This document shows positions 44,257 through 54,129 of a stretch of DNA of 64,000 nucleotides, piece after piece. How positions within the stretch are numbered: position 1 is the stretch's first letter; every line of letters begins with the position of its first letter. Under the pieces are notes generated by a model that did not search any database, had not been told where the DNA came from, and worked only from the letters and a program-made list of their open reading frames with translations. The DNA is from Pelagomonas calceolata (lineage: Eukaryota): contig CAKKNE010000002.1 in assembly GCA_918797485.1 (NCBI GenBank), positions 1,302,001 through 1,366,000 on the forward strand, read 5' to 3'. Both the position numbers and the translations under genes were made by a program.

Positions 44257-47082
44257 ATGGAGCGCCAAAAGGCCACCACATTGACCGCCGCCTGCCAGGC
44301 CTCTGCAACAGCACAACTGCCCCAGCTCAACATCTCCGAGAGGGAAGCGTTATCGTTGAGGCAGCACGCTGGTGATCAGACGACTATCACGATTGAGTGG
44401 GTCGTTGATGTGGCCGATAATAATCTGAATTGGTTCGTCGCGACGGCTTACAGTATAGATACGGTCCGTCGAGTACTGAGGGTCGCCATACCGGACCGCG
44501 ACGAGCCGACGTGGGAGGGGGATTTGCCGCTCGATCCAAAAACAATTCATTTACTGGAGTGCTGCGACAACAAATCAATGGCGTTGTATAAACAATGTTG
44601 CCGAGAGGGCAGCATAAAGTGCAAGTGGACCGTGGAGTGGTGTATTGATGGAGCCTGGTTTTCCGGCGAGGCTTTGTATTATGGCCGACTCGCGAACGTC
44701 GTCTACTGTTCTGATGGGAGGAACGTAGCTCTACACGAAGTGACCATAGATGAGAACTTGCGGTTGGTCGAGTGCCTCGATGACGCGTCGCGAGGTGAGT
44801 TCGAAGAGCTCGTCGTCGACGGCGTCGTGCGGTGGCGGGGGCCGGACGGGGATGATCATGAATTACAACAAGATCCGGTGGCTGCGGTGGCGCGCCGACC
44901 GGCGCGAGCCCTCGCACAAAATTGTGAACAGCTAGACAGATTGGCGACGGACATGGCCCACTGCCTGGCGGACGCGCTGCGGATGCGCTGCGCGTCGGAC
45001 GTCGAGCAGTACGAGGCCGCTTCTTTACTTAAGAGGCATGTTGTTTGTGGGGACTTGGACGCTGCTGACAGGTTAGATGAAGATGGAAGGCGAGATGCTC
45101 GGGCCGACCTCGACCGACGGCGGAGAGAAGCGCAGGAATCTTGTTTAGGTGCTATTCAAAGATGCGAGGGGCGTTTTTGGAGGGCTGCTGCCACGGGTCT
45201 GTTCTTTCGTCGACGTTATAAAGCGGGCGATGCGGTGGAAGTGGCTCTTTGCAGAGGTCTGGAAACCTGCAGAGGTGTCGTGGCCAAGTGCCATGACAAC
45301 GAGACCTATGACGTGGACCTCGACGGCGACCGGCCGGAAGTCGGCGTGCAAATACCGCCCGAATATCTGAGGCCGTCTGTTCAGTCAAGACAGAAGGCCC
45401 AGGGGAACCTGTTCGCTGGAGTACATGACGAGGCATCAGAATCTAGAAGGAGAGAGTTACGAGCCGCCGTGGCCGACATGCTGCGGGAGCGGGAAGCGTT
45501 ACGAAGCAGATTGGATGCGCTCACGCGCGAAAAGGAACATCTCGAGGACGTCATAGGTGTGCAACAAACTTCACAAAAGCCGCAGCGCCGCCACCAGGGC
45601 CCCGCCGATCGAACGACGCGCATCTGGTGCGGCACGATCCGTCTAGGATCAAAGGATGATTTAGGAGCCGCATGTGCGGCCGCTTTACCAGTAGGAACGA
45701 AAAATGAAGTGGAGAGAGCTGCCGGCTTCGACGTCGTCGTTTGTGCATTACAGGGGGAGCTAGATGGCTCTAAATGTGTCGCGGCTCTCAAGGCGCGGTT
45801 GCCGGGCGCCTGGGCCGCAACTTCTGCAAATTGTGGGAACTCTCACTTAATTGTATTTGCGCGGTCGTCCGCAGTTGTCAAGGACTCTGTGGTAGCGGTC
45901 CCTGCGCCAAAAGCCGCCGTCGTCACCGCGACGTTGCGAAGCGGCGCTCGCTTGGCCTTCTGCGCGGTCTGTGCCGGTGAGTACGACACACCACTTTCTA
46001 CGGACCAGGCCGTACGATCCGCGAGAGATATGATGTGGCCCGCTTCCAGTGAAGATGTCGGACGGCCGCCGCTCGACTGTTGTGGAGGCGCGGACCACGC
46101 CTTCCTGATTGGGGACCTGGGCTTCGGCGCGTCTGCGGTCGGTCAGGCCGCCTCCCAAGAGTTAGTAGCTGCAGAGGACTGGGCCTCGCTGGCGAACCAC
46201 GACGAGCTGCGCCAGAGCAAGAACGAAAGAAGAGCATTATCAGGGTGGGAGGTGTCGCAACCTAGATTTCCGCCGACCGCGCATAGATCATGTTGGCGCG
46301 AGCGGATCCTGTGGCGGTCTTCGCCTGGTCTCGTCGATCGCGTGCGGTTGGAGCTGCACACGGCCCGAGATATAGGTTTGGGGCGGGACGCCGTCGTCGC
46401 GGCCTTCTCGTTGAGTCCGCCGACGCGAGCTCCCACACCGCGGCCCGTGGAAATCGCCTTTCCTTCGTTGAAAGTATCTTTACGCTTAGAAGCGTCGTCA
46501 CTGGAAGGACTGCAAGCGGCAGCTAAAGGTGTGGGGCCGTTACTGGTAAGTGTGGACGCGTCGCACGACCGCACTGGCGTTCCGCCGCGGACGTCTGATC
46601 GTTCGTTAGAGGCGGATGGAGACTCGTTGGACGAGGGCGAGCCCGCAGCTACGTCAATCTGGACTTTTGATGATGACAAGAAGCTCGACTCGTTGAGAAC
46701 GCTCGCGGACCCCGACGACGACGCCGATCACATCACGGTGCGCGTCCTTCGAAGGGTCTGGCGCGAGGACAAGCAAGCTTTTGAAGATAACGGCGTGTTA
46801 ATTGGGGCGGCGTTGCTGTCTGGGAGGGCTTTGGCCCGGCGCATCTTGCGAAGTGAGGCGGCGGTTGATTTCCAGGAGCCATTACTGTTGCGAGGCGTCT
46901 CCATCGGCACGCTGCACGGTTCGGCGGCTCGCGCTAAAGGAAGACTGTTGACGAAGGCCGCAGAACCTTTGGACGCGAGGATGACGGCCGGGGCCTCTTC
47001 CGAAAAACAGAAGAAGTCCTCAGGCTGGGGCCTCTTCGCCTCGAAAAAGAAGCTGTCCGAGAACTACAAGACGCGTAAGTAG
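44257..47082 (+). CDS. Protein with Tudor-like, coiled-coil and degenerate inositol 5-phosphatase-like domains
   Basis: 'FLIGDLGF', 'DEL', 'FPPT', 'WRERILW' resemble 5-phosphatase motifs with substitutions. Confidence 0.65.
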   Translation: MERQKATTLTAACQASATAQLPQLNISEREALSLRQHAGDQTTITIEWVVDVADNNLNWFVATAYSIDTVRRVLRVAIPDRDEPTWEGDLPLDPKTIHLLECCDNKSMALYKQCCREGSIKCKWTVEWCIDGAWFSGEALYYGRLANVVYCSDGRNVALHEVTIDENLRLVECLDDASRGEFEELVVDGVVRWRGPDGDDHELQQDPVAAVARRPARALAQNCEQLDRLATDMAHCLADALRMRCASDVEQYEAASLLKRHVVCGDLDAADRLDEDGRRDARADLDRRRREAQESCLGAIQRCEGRFWRAAATGLFFRRRYKAGDAVEVALCRGLETCRGVVAKCHDNETYDVDLDGDRPEVGVQIPPEYLRPSVQSRQKAQGNLFAGVHDEASESRRRELRAAVADMLREREALRSRLDALTREKEHLEDVIGVQQTSQKPQRRHQGPADRTTRIWCGTIRLGSKDDLGAACAAALPVGTKNEVERAAGFDVVVCALQGELDGSKCVAALKARLPGAWAATSANCGNSHLIVFARSSAVVKDSVVAVPAPKAAVVTATLRSGARLAFCAVCAGEYDTPLSTDQAVRSARDMMWPASSEDVGRPPLDCCGGADHAFLIGDLGFGASAVGQAASQELVAAEDWASLANHDELRQSKNERRALSGWEVSQPRFPPTAHRSCWRERILWRSSPGLVDRVRLELHTARDIGLGRDAVVAAFSLSPPTRAPTPRPVEIAFPSLKVSLRLEASSLEGLQAAAKGVGPLLVSVDASHDRTGVPPRTSDRSLEADGDSLDEGEPAATSIWTFDDDKKLDSLRTLADPDDDADHITVRVLRRVWREDKQAFEDNGVLIGAALLSGRALARRILRSEAAVDFQEPLLLRGVSIGTLHGSAARAKGRLLTKAAEPLDARMTAGASSEKQKKSSGWGLFASKKKLSENYKTRK

Positions 47083-47155
47083 TTTCCACTAGTCGACCGT
47101 CACGTCGCCTATCCCTACAGTACGCCACGGTGGCGCACTCGGGCGGCGCGTGACG

Positions 47156-47596
47156 CTAGGGTGCGATTTACGCGGAAAAAACGCGTAAGTTACACGTAAA
47201 GCACCGCTACAGGAGATCCCACGTAAAAAACGGCGTAAAAAAGGAGGTATCCAAAAGTCCTTCCAGGGCTCTTCCCGAAGCCGGCGCTAGCGGCCCTCTA
47301 AGACTCTAGCTCGCGATCAGCAGCTCGCAGAGTGTGGCTGCCCCAAACGTTGTCAGAGCCGAGCCAATTGCTAGTTGCATGCTGTTGCGAGCAAGGTGTG
47401 CACTCTAGGTGTGCGCTTATGCGCCGTGCTCGTGCTGCTATTGAGCTGCGTGGCCACAAGGCCTTGTTTAGGGGCTCTGGCTGCGTGTGTGCGGGTTTTA
47501 TAAATAAATGCACGCGTAAATTACGCGTAAATTACGGCGTAAATGACGCTGGACCGTTTCTCACGTAAAGAACGCCGTGCGTAAATCGCACCCTAG
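47156..47596. mobile_element. Non-autonomous hAT-like MITE, 441 bp
   Basis: Perfect 18-bp TIR CTAGGGTGCGATTTACGC. Perfect 8-bp TSD GCGTGACG at 47148-47155 and 47597-47604. Clustered CGTAAA subterminal repeats at both ends. Confidence 0.93.
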
Positions 47597-47658
47597 GCGT
47601 GACGCCGCCGACTCGGACGAGTATATGTCCCAAAAAGCACTCTTAGGCCCCAGAAAAC

Positions 47659-48744
47659 TCAGCAGACCCCGGCCAGCTCCTCCTTGAAGGCGACGTTGTT
47701 CGCCAGCACGTAGAGGTCCGGCGTGTCCTTGTTCTCCAACAAATCAAAGGCCTTGCCCTTGAAGCCCGCCACGTCGACGTCGGGGTTCTCCAGTAATTCG
47801 TTGATGGCCGGATGCCGGGACTCGTCCCAGACCGCTAATTGGACCAACCTAGATCCGGTGGGATCCTTCTCGAGGTCAAACCCGCACCAGAGCAGTCTCT
47901 CCTTCAAGGCTTCGAGCGGCCCGGCGGAAGCATGCACGCCGTTGTCCGTGCCGTTGGGCTGCTCCGGTAGTCCGAGCGGGTCCCACTGCTCGAGGAGCTT
48001 CTTCCTAATCGATCCATCATTGGCTTGCTCGGGATTCGTCGCGCCGATGACGTCGTTCTTGAAGGCCGCCCAGGACAGACGCGCGGGGTCCCAGGCCACG
48101 ACTAGTAGATGCACTTCCGCGCCATCCTTCTCGTAGGCAGCTTTGAGTGATGGGTAGAAGCCGTTGACACAAAACAGGTTGTTCGACCCGCCGCCGCCGC
48201 CGTCCTCCTCCTCACTATCCTCTTCTTCCTCCTCTTCGTCGTCCCCACCCTTCAGCCGAGCCACATAGACGCCAGAAGCGATCTTGACCGTGGCGCCACA
48301 CGTCGTCCAGAGATTATTTAAGTCCTTCGGAGGCATCGGATCACCGCCCTTGCCGAGCTGAAGAGCGCAGGCCGACGCCGACTTGATGCACTCCGCCGCC
48401 ACCATGTCGTCGTAATTGCACCCGAAGGCCTCCTGGAACTTCTCCTTCGCTTCTGCTGTCGGTTTGAGGCCTTCGACGCCGTTCTCCGAGGCGTCGGCGA
48501 TCGCAGCGTAGTGCTTGTCCACAATCCCGCCCTCCTTGATGGCGTCGGCGCCGATGGAGCACCCGCCCAATATCTTCACCTTCTTGCTCAGCTCGTCCTT
48601 CACGAACTCGATACAATCGGGCTTGTGCGCATGCGGCTTCACAAACACGAGGCCGAAGTTCGCGTTGACTAAAGTGGAGGGGCTCACCTTCTCTTCCGGC
48701 TCCTTGAGCTCGCTGCCGTCCGGTAAAGAGCCGACCTGGCCCAT
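47659..48744 (-). CDS. Nucleoside diphosphate kinase-like protein, possible N-myristoylation
   Basis: 'FVKPHA', 'IGATNP..A..GSIR', 'DNGVHAS'. Confidence 0.8.
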   Translation of the reverse strand: MGQVGSLPDGSELKEPEEKVSPSTLVNANFGLVFVKPHAHKPDCIEFVKDELSKKVKILGGCSIGADAIKEGGIVDKHYAAIADASENGVEGLKPTAEAKEKFQEAFGCNYDDMVAAECIKSASACALQLGKGGDPMPPKDLNNLWTTCGATVKIASGVYVARLKGGDDEEEEEEDSEEEDGGGGGSNNLFCVNGFYPSLKAAYEKDGAEVHLLVVAWDPARLSWAAFKNDVIGATNPEQANDGSIRKKLLEQWDPLGLPEQPNGTDNGVHASAGPLEALKERLLWCGFDLEKDPTGSRLVQLAVWDESRHPAINELLENPDVDVAGFKGKAFDLLENKDTPDLYVLANNVAFKEELAGVC

Positions 48745-48950
48745 TGTCTTTCTCTCGGTCTCACGCCTACGCAACCGCCCGCGTCTCTTGGCTGCGTTTG
48801 CGCGCTTTACGGGCGCGGGGCAGCGCTATGGTTTTTCACCGGAAGCTAGAGCTGAGCTACTAGGGGCCGGCGCCACGTCGTGGTCGCTACCGACCGTCCG
48901 GGCAGCCGGTCCAGGGCTCTGTGGGCGAGTAGTGGTGCGCCCGGCTGCTT

Positions 48951-48974
48951 GCTAGTATCTTACATGCCGCTAGC
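48951..48974 (-). promoter_or_regulatory. Bipartite CTAG intergenic motif
   Basis: GCTAGTATCTTACATGCCGCTAGC between divergent genes. Confidence 0.65.
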
Positions 48975-49150
48975 TAATCACAGTGCAGGCACAAAACGCA
49001 GCGCACTCGGCTTGTGTGGACGCATCGTTGCTGAGAGTGTGGCATAGTCTCACTGACTGATTGACGCAGCTGCCCTGCAATTGCTTTTGTGCAGTACTGC
49101 ACTGAGGCAAAACAACACCGCTCTTGCACAGCACTACGCAGCAGCGCTGC

Positions 49151-50464
49151 ATGCGCCTGCTCGCAGCACTGCTCGTGTGCAAGATGTCGGCGCTCGCGCC
49201 AGTAGAGCAGATGACAGAGGTCCGCGCGACGCCGCTGAAAGGCAACTGCCTCTACGCCACACGAGACTTTGCAGCTGGTGCAGCGGTGACCGACGAGCGA
49301 CCGCTCGTCAGATCGCGGCTAGACGACGATGCGGCCCTGACGGAGCGCGTCGATGCCGCGCACCGACGCAGCCCCTTCGGCTTCCAGCATATGCGATCCC
49401 ATCTAGCGGCGCTGTGGACGCTGCAGAGCGCGCCTCCGCACGTCATCGACGCCATCGCGGCGAAGGCGGCCCCCACGGCGCCGGCCGCGGCGGCGCGCCT
49501 CGACGAAGAGCTCGCGGCAGTCACCAATCCCTGGCACGCGCGCTACGTCGGCGTCGTGCTCGACGCGGCGAGCGTCGCGGCCCTCCACGAAGCCGTGCCG
49601 CCGCGCCACCCCACCGTCACGGGCCAGTCGCACGTCACGCTGTGCTTCGAGCCACAAGGAACGGAGTGGCTGCCGCTCCTCGGCACCCGCTGCGCGCTGC
49701 GCGTCGACGAAGAGGTCTCTGATGAACGTGGCCAGGCGGTGACGGTGGCGCTCGAGTCGCCCGATGTTTCAGCGCTGTTGAATGACGGCCGCACGCCGCA
49801 CATCACCATCTCGACCGCCGACGGCGTCGAGGCGGTCTACTCGAACGAGCTCCTGCGGACAGAGGAGGCGCTCCGTCCCGTCGCGCTCCGCCTGACCGGC
49901 GCGGTCGCCGTCGCCGTCCAGCCGTCGCCGGCCGCCGCCGCGAAGGCGAGGCGGCGCATCGTCGCGGACCCTGAAGAGGCGACGCGGCTGCTGTCGCCGG
50001 ACGCGGCGCTCCTGCGGCGACTCACGCTCGCGTGGGAGTATAATGGGTTTCCTGCTGACGACGACGGAGCGCTGGAAATCTTCGACAGGGCTTCGACGGC
50101 GGCGCACTCGTGCGCCCCGAACTGCGCGCTCGAGGTCGTCCGGGGCCTGCGGCGCGACGACGGCTCCGTCGCGGACACGTTAGTAAAGGGTGACCGCGTG
50201 CGCCAGGCCCCGGTGGGGCTGCGGCTGAGAGCTCTGAGACCCATCGCCGCGGGCGAGGAGATCACGTTTTGTTACCTGCCTGATCTAGATCTACGAGCAG
50301 AATTTCGCGAGCGACGCAAGCAACTCGCCGCGCGCGGCTGGAAGTTCGTGTGCCACTGCGAGCGCTGCGTGGCCGAGGCGCGGGCGTTCCTTGACTCGTC
50401 CCGCGGCGAGTCCTCGAGCGACGACGACGAGGGGCCCGGTGTTGTGGTGGAGGCGATCTTTTGA
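49151..50464 (+). CDS. SET-domain protein with inserted 2H-phosphoesterase-like domain
   Basis: SET-N 'KGNCLYATRDF..G', SET-C 'HSCAPNC', 'ALRPIAAGEEITFCY', post-SET 'F.C.C.RC'; inserted 'HVTL' and 'HITI'. Confidence 0.75.
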   Translation: MRLLAALLVCKMSALAPVEQMTEVRATPLKGNCLYATRDFAAGAAVTDERPLVRSRLDDDAALTERVDAAHRRSPFGFQHMRSHLAALWTLQSAPPHVIDAIAAKAAPTAPAAAARLDEELAAVTNPWHARYVGVVLDAASVAALHEAVPPRHPTVTGQSHVTLCFEPQGTEWLPLLGTRCALRVDEEVSDERGQAVTVALESPDVSALLNDGRTPHITISTADGVEAVYSNELLRTEEALRPVALRLTGAVAVAVQPSPAAAAKARRRIVADPEEATRLLSPDAALLRRLTLAWEYNGFPADDDGALEIFDRASTAAHSCAPNCALEVVRGLRRDDGSVADTLVKGDRVRQAPVGLRLRALRPIAAGEEITFCYLPDLDLRAEFRERRKQLAARGWKFVCHCERCVAEARAFLDSSRGESSSDDDEGPGVVVEAIF

Positions 50465-50649
50465 TGACTCCGACGGATGTGCGCGTGCGACGTCCGTTCC
50501 TTCTCGGCGTGCGTCTGCGTGAGTGTCGGGATGGGCTTCGAGCGTACTCTTCTACCCCACCAGCACGCCATCGCCGCGACGTTTTATGTGTGTGTAAATG
50601 TACTTATATACTTTGCGCAGCTTCCGCAGTGCGCCTGGCGATGGGTCTT

Positions 50650-51711
50650 CTAGCAGCAGCTCGCGCAGCCGCCCGGCGTCGGCGCATCGGCAGACGGCGA
50701 GAAGTGGCACGGGAACAGCCCGAAGTGCGTCGACCGGTCGCCCGACACCGTAAAATGCTTCCCGAGCCACGAGTCCCCGACCATCGCCGCACTGTTCCCA
50801 CAGACGAGCATGGGCCGCCCCGTCTCGAAGCGGTGGTGGTCATCCAATTGATACGCGTGTCTGTGGCCCGGGACCGTGCCCTTGTAAACTGCCACTTGGC
50901 CGTAGTCCTCGCACAGCGACTCGAGCAAACCGGGGAGCTTAAATAACCGGTAGGTCACCGACGTGAATTTGGCTTCACCCACCAGCTCTATGAGTTGAGG
51001 GTCCTTCACGTCGATGGGAGCGCTATCCAACACGCGAGGGTCCTCGAACCCTACCCGTCTAGCGATCCTGAGAAAGTCCTGCTCGTATAATGCGCCGCCG
51101 ATGCATTCGCCCACGAGTATTTTGTGTTGTGTTAATGCTTTCGGTAATCGTCGGTCGCCGTACACGTCCGAGAAATAAAACTCTCCCCCATTTCGCAGTA
51201 CTCTATAAGCCTCTTTCAACACGGCAGGTTTATCTGGAGAGAGGTTGACAACGCAGTTGCTGATGATGACGTCTATGCTATCATCAGGTATTGCTGATAG
51301 ATCTTCAATGGTGCCCTGCACGAAACTCATGTTCGCATACCCTATCGTAGATGCGTATTCATCAGCGTGCTTCCTCGCGACTTCTAGTTGTTGCGGCGTC
51401 ATGTCGACGCCCGTGACGCGGCCCGTGGGGCCTACTAGCTTAGAAGCCACGTAGCAGTCTCTTCCGGAGCCGCATCCTAGATCTAAAACGTGTAAACCTT
51501 CAATACCTTGCGGCAGTGGACTGCCGCAGCCATAGTACTTCGCGATGACCTCGGAAGGTACCTTGGCGAGGATGTCCCTTATTTCCTTAGGCGGAGCGTT
51601 CGCTGTGCAGCACGCGTTCGTCTTTAGGTCGCTTGTGGTGGCTAGCGTTTCTCCATAATACTCCTTGACCTCACTCTGGATCTGCGAGGCGTCCTTGCCG
51701 CCAGCACCCAT
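50650..51711 (-). CDS. AS3MT: Arsenite S-adenosylmethionine methyltransferase
   Basis: 'DLKTNACC', 'YYGCG', 'VLDLGCGSGRD', 'ISNCVVNL', 'GECIGGA', C-terminal CC. Confidence 0.93.
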   Translation of the reverse strand: MGAGGKDASQIQSEVKEYYGETLATTSDLKTNACCTANAPPKEIRDILAKVPSEVIAKYYGCGSPLPQGIEGLHVLDLGCGSGRDCYVASKLVGPTGRVTGVDMTPQQLEVARKHADEYASTIGYANMSFVQGTIEDLSAIPDDSIDVIISNCVVNLSPDKPAVLKEAYRVLRNGGEFYFSDVYGDRRLPKALTQHKILVGECIGGALYEQDFLRIARRVGFEDPRVLDSAPIDVKDPQLIELVGEAKFTSVTYRLFKLPGLLESLCEDYGQVAVYKGTVPGHRHAYQLDDHHRFETGRPMLVCGNSAAMVGDSWLGKHFTVSGDRSTHFGLFPCHFSPSADAPTPGGCASCC

Positions 51712-52009
51712 GATTCCTTGCGTTCGCGACCGCTGCGGTGTGTTGAAGGCTAGGGAGAGGCTGAACACAGGTTATGCGTGGCCTAGCTGCTTGCGAATGT
51801 TGGTGCACCGCGATGACAGCGTTCAGACTGCACTGATGCGACTCAACAGGTCAATATATGATCAGTTGTGTGGCAAGGAGCGGGAGAGATGGCCTGTGAA
51901 GCTTGGTGTGTAGAAGGCATGGTTTCGGTCTTGCGGGAGCCGTCTCTCGTGCTAATCGAATCTCTGCGTACGTCCCAGAAGAGCGATTCGTCTGATAAAT
52001 AAAGTTTAA

Positions 52010-52030
52010 GCTAGCGGTGTGAGACACTAG
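52010..52030 (+). promoter_or_regulatory. Bipartite CTAG intergenic motif
   Basis: GCTAGCGGTGTGAGACACTAG between divergent genes. Confidence 0.6.
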
Positions 52031-52347
52031 AGCAACCAAGCGCGACGAGCAGCGAGGCCGCGCTGTTGCTGCGCGCTGGCCTTTGTTGCTTGCTGACTGA
52101 CATAATAGCTGGTCGCGACGACGTCTCGCTGCAGCTGGCCGTAGCTGGGACGCGTCGCGCTTCCTACAGGGGCAGGGCGGGCTCCTAAGCGCCGCGCGCC
52201 TCGCGCCGTGCGCCACTCGCGCAGCGCGCGTCGCCCCGCGCACCGCAGTGGTCCTAGCGCGCCGCCGCCGCCGGCAGCGGTCTCGCAGTGTCCAGCGGCG
52301 CGCGAGCGGTCCCCGCGTGCCGCCGCCGCCGCGGCCCTCTCGTAGAG

Positions 52348-52899
52348 ATGGTCTTCTTCTACAAGACGGACCTCATCTACGAGATGCTCCTGTCTCCCCA
52401 ATATTTTGGACCGTCCATGAAGACGCGGATCAAGGACGAAGTAAATAAGCAGGTCGAGGGAAAATGTTTGGGACGGGAGGGGTATGTCATCGCCGTGACT
52501 TCTGTCAAAGATGAAGATGTGGATACCGGAGTGGTAGAATATGACACGGGTTGCGTGGCGGTGAACGTGCGATATGCGGCGATACTACTGAGACCGTTCA
52601 AGAACGAGGTCTTGGACGCGATCGTGGACGACGTGAGTGAATTGGGCGTGTTCACGTCCGTGGGACCGCTGCACATCTTCGTCAGTCGGCACGCGATGCC
52701 GGAAGACCTCCAGAACGGGTTTGATGCGGACTCCGACGCCTGGCTGTCGGATGACAAAGAAGTGGAGATCAAGAAGGCCTGCGTCATTAGATTGCGGCTG
52801 CTGGGCGTAATGTGCGACACGACCCAAATAACAGCGGTCGGGACGATCAAGGATGATTTTCTCGGATTGATCTCGCATCCCGACAACCAGGGCTTCTAA
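52348..52899 (+). CDS. RPB7: RNA polymerase II subunit RPB7
   Basis: 'L.P.YFGP', 'VEGKC....GYVIAV', 'RPFKNEVLDA', 'GPL.IFVS', 'GTIKDDFLG'. Confidence 0.93.
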   Translation: MVFFYKTDLIYEMLLSPQYFGPSMKTRIKDEVNKQVEGKCLGREGYVIAVTSVKDEDVDTGVVEYDTGCVAVNVRYAAILLRPFKNEVLDAIVDDVSELGVFTSVGPLHIFVSRHAMPEDLQNGFDADSDAWLSDDKEVEIKKACVIRLRLLGVMCDTTQITAVGTIKDDFLGLISHPDNQGF

Positions 52900-53133
52900 T
52901 GTTTTTATGACACCAACCGGCGGGCCTGTGACGAGCGCCCGCTCGCCGCGCTTCGCGGCACGCGAAAAAAAAAATACAAGTAATACCATATAGTTTAGGT
53001 TTATGTACCTTGCGGGGTGCGCGTGGATGGCGTCTTGCGTCGACTGTACGCCGTGAATCTCTCTCACGACGGAATTTTAGTCTAGAACGGCCCGGGGGAC
53101 CGCATCAGCATAACAAACACCCATCGGGAAGGG

Positions 53134-53571
53134 CTAGTCGAAGGAATACCTCATCAGCGTATTCCAGTCGTCGCACGATTGCCCTCGGTAGCCCATATTC
53201 TTAAAAAAAGTCGAGTTTTTTTTGCCCCGAGCCCTCGAGGTCGGACGGTCGATCCACGCGACAGAATGAGTGTTATTGGGGTCACACATGTCCAACGTTG
53301 GTTCTAGAATTCGCTCGGCGAAACAACACATCTTTTCGGCTGGCTTCGCGACAGCCTTGGCGGGAGTATCCCAGGTTTTTTCCTCCAGATTTTTAAACAT
53401 ATTTTTTACAAGTCGATCCAGATTTTCTCCAACATTTTTCCGCTTGGCGGAGCATTTGTCGAGTGAAGTGTAACAACTACCGAAGCTATCTTTATATGGG
53501 CATTTTTCGTCGTGTGGACGCTCCTCCGCATTCGCGTACACGCCACGATCGGGGTACTGCGCGGGAGCCAT
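53134..53571 (-). CDS. AT-rich Cys-containing orphan ORF (uncertain)
   Basis: 145-aa ATG ORF in locally AT-rich DNA; no recognisable domain. Confidence 0.3.
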   Translation of the reverse strand: MAPAQYPDRGVYANAEERPHDEKCPYKDSFGSCYTSLDKCSAKRKNVGENLDRLVKNMFKNLEEKTWDTPAKAVAKPAEKMCCFAERILEPTLDMCDPNNTHSVAWIDRPTSRARGKKNSTFFKNMGYRGQSCDDWNTLMRYSFD

Positions 53572-54067
53572 CTACGCCTCCGAGCTCGCACGCCTCGACG
53601 CCGGCGTACAGGCGGTCGCTTTGTTCCACGCGAACTACCAGAACCTTTCGGCGTTCACGCCGGCCATGTCGGACGTTTGGATGCAGTACCACCATGCCGA
53701 ATTCGACAGAGTCGGCGACGACGGCCTTCTGGAGCTCGAGCACCACCTCGCCGGAGCCGGCGTCCAGGTCTGGGAGACGCTCAAGTACGGCGGCACGTCT
53801 CACGGCTTCGCGGATCCGACGAACAGCATCTACGACGAGCGCGCCGCGGACCAGGCCCACGCGACGATGTACTCGTTCTTCAAGGCCAAGATGCCCCCCA
53901 AGGCCGAAGTCGACGACGACACCTCGTGCGAAGATTCCAAGACCTGGCACAAGAACGGCGACCCCGCCAAGGACTGCGCCTGGGTGTCCGAGTGGTCGCC
54001 GCGCTGCCAGGTCAAGGGCGCAGACAAGTCCCTCGCGTCGGAGCACTGCACCTGCGCCTGCCAGTAG
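53531..54067 (+). pseudogene. 5'-truncated dienelactone hydrolase-like fragment with Cys-rich C-terminal module
   Basis: GYCAGA nucleophile motif, 'QYHHAEFD', 'YGGTSHGF'. In-frame TAA at 53471, no upstream ATG and no N-terminal half visible. Confidence 0.5.
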
Positions 54068-54129
54068 GCGCGCCGACATATACACCCTCCCCGACCACGC
54101 CCCCGACCCCCGATAAACTATCCGAGTTT

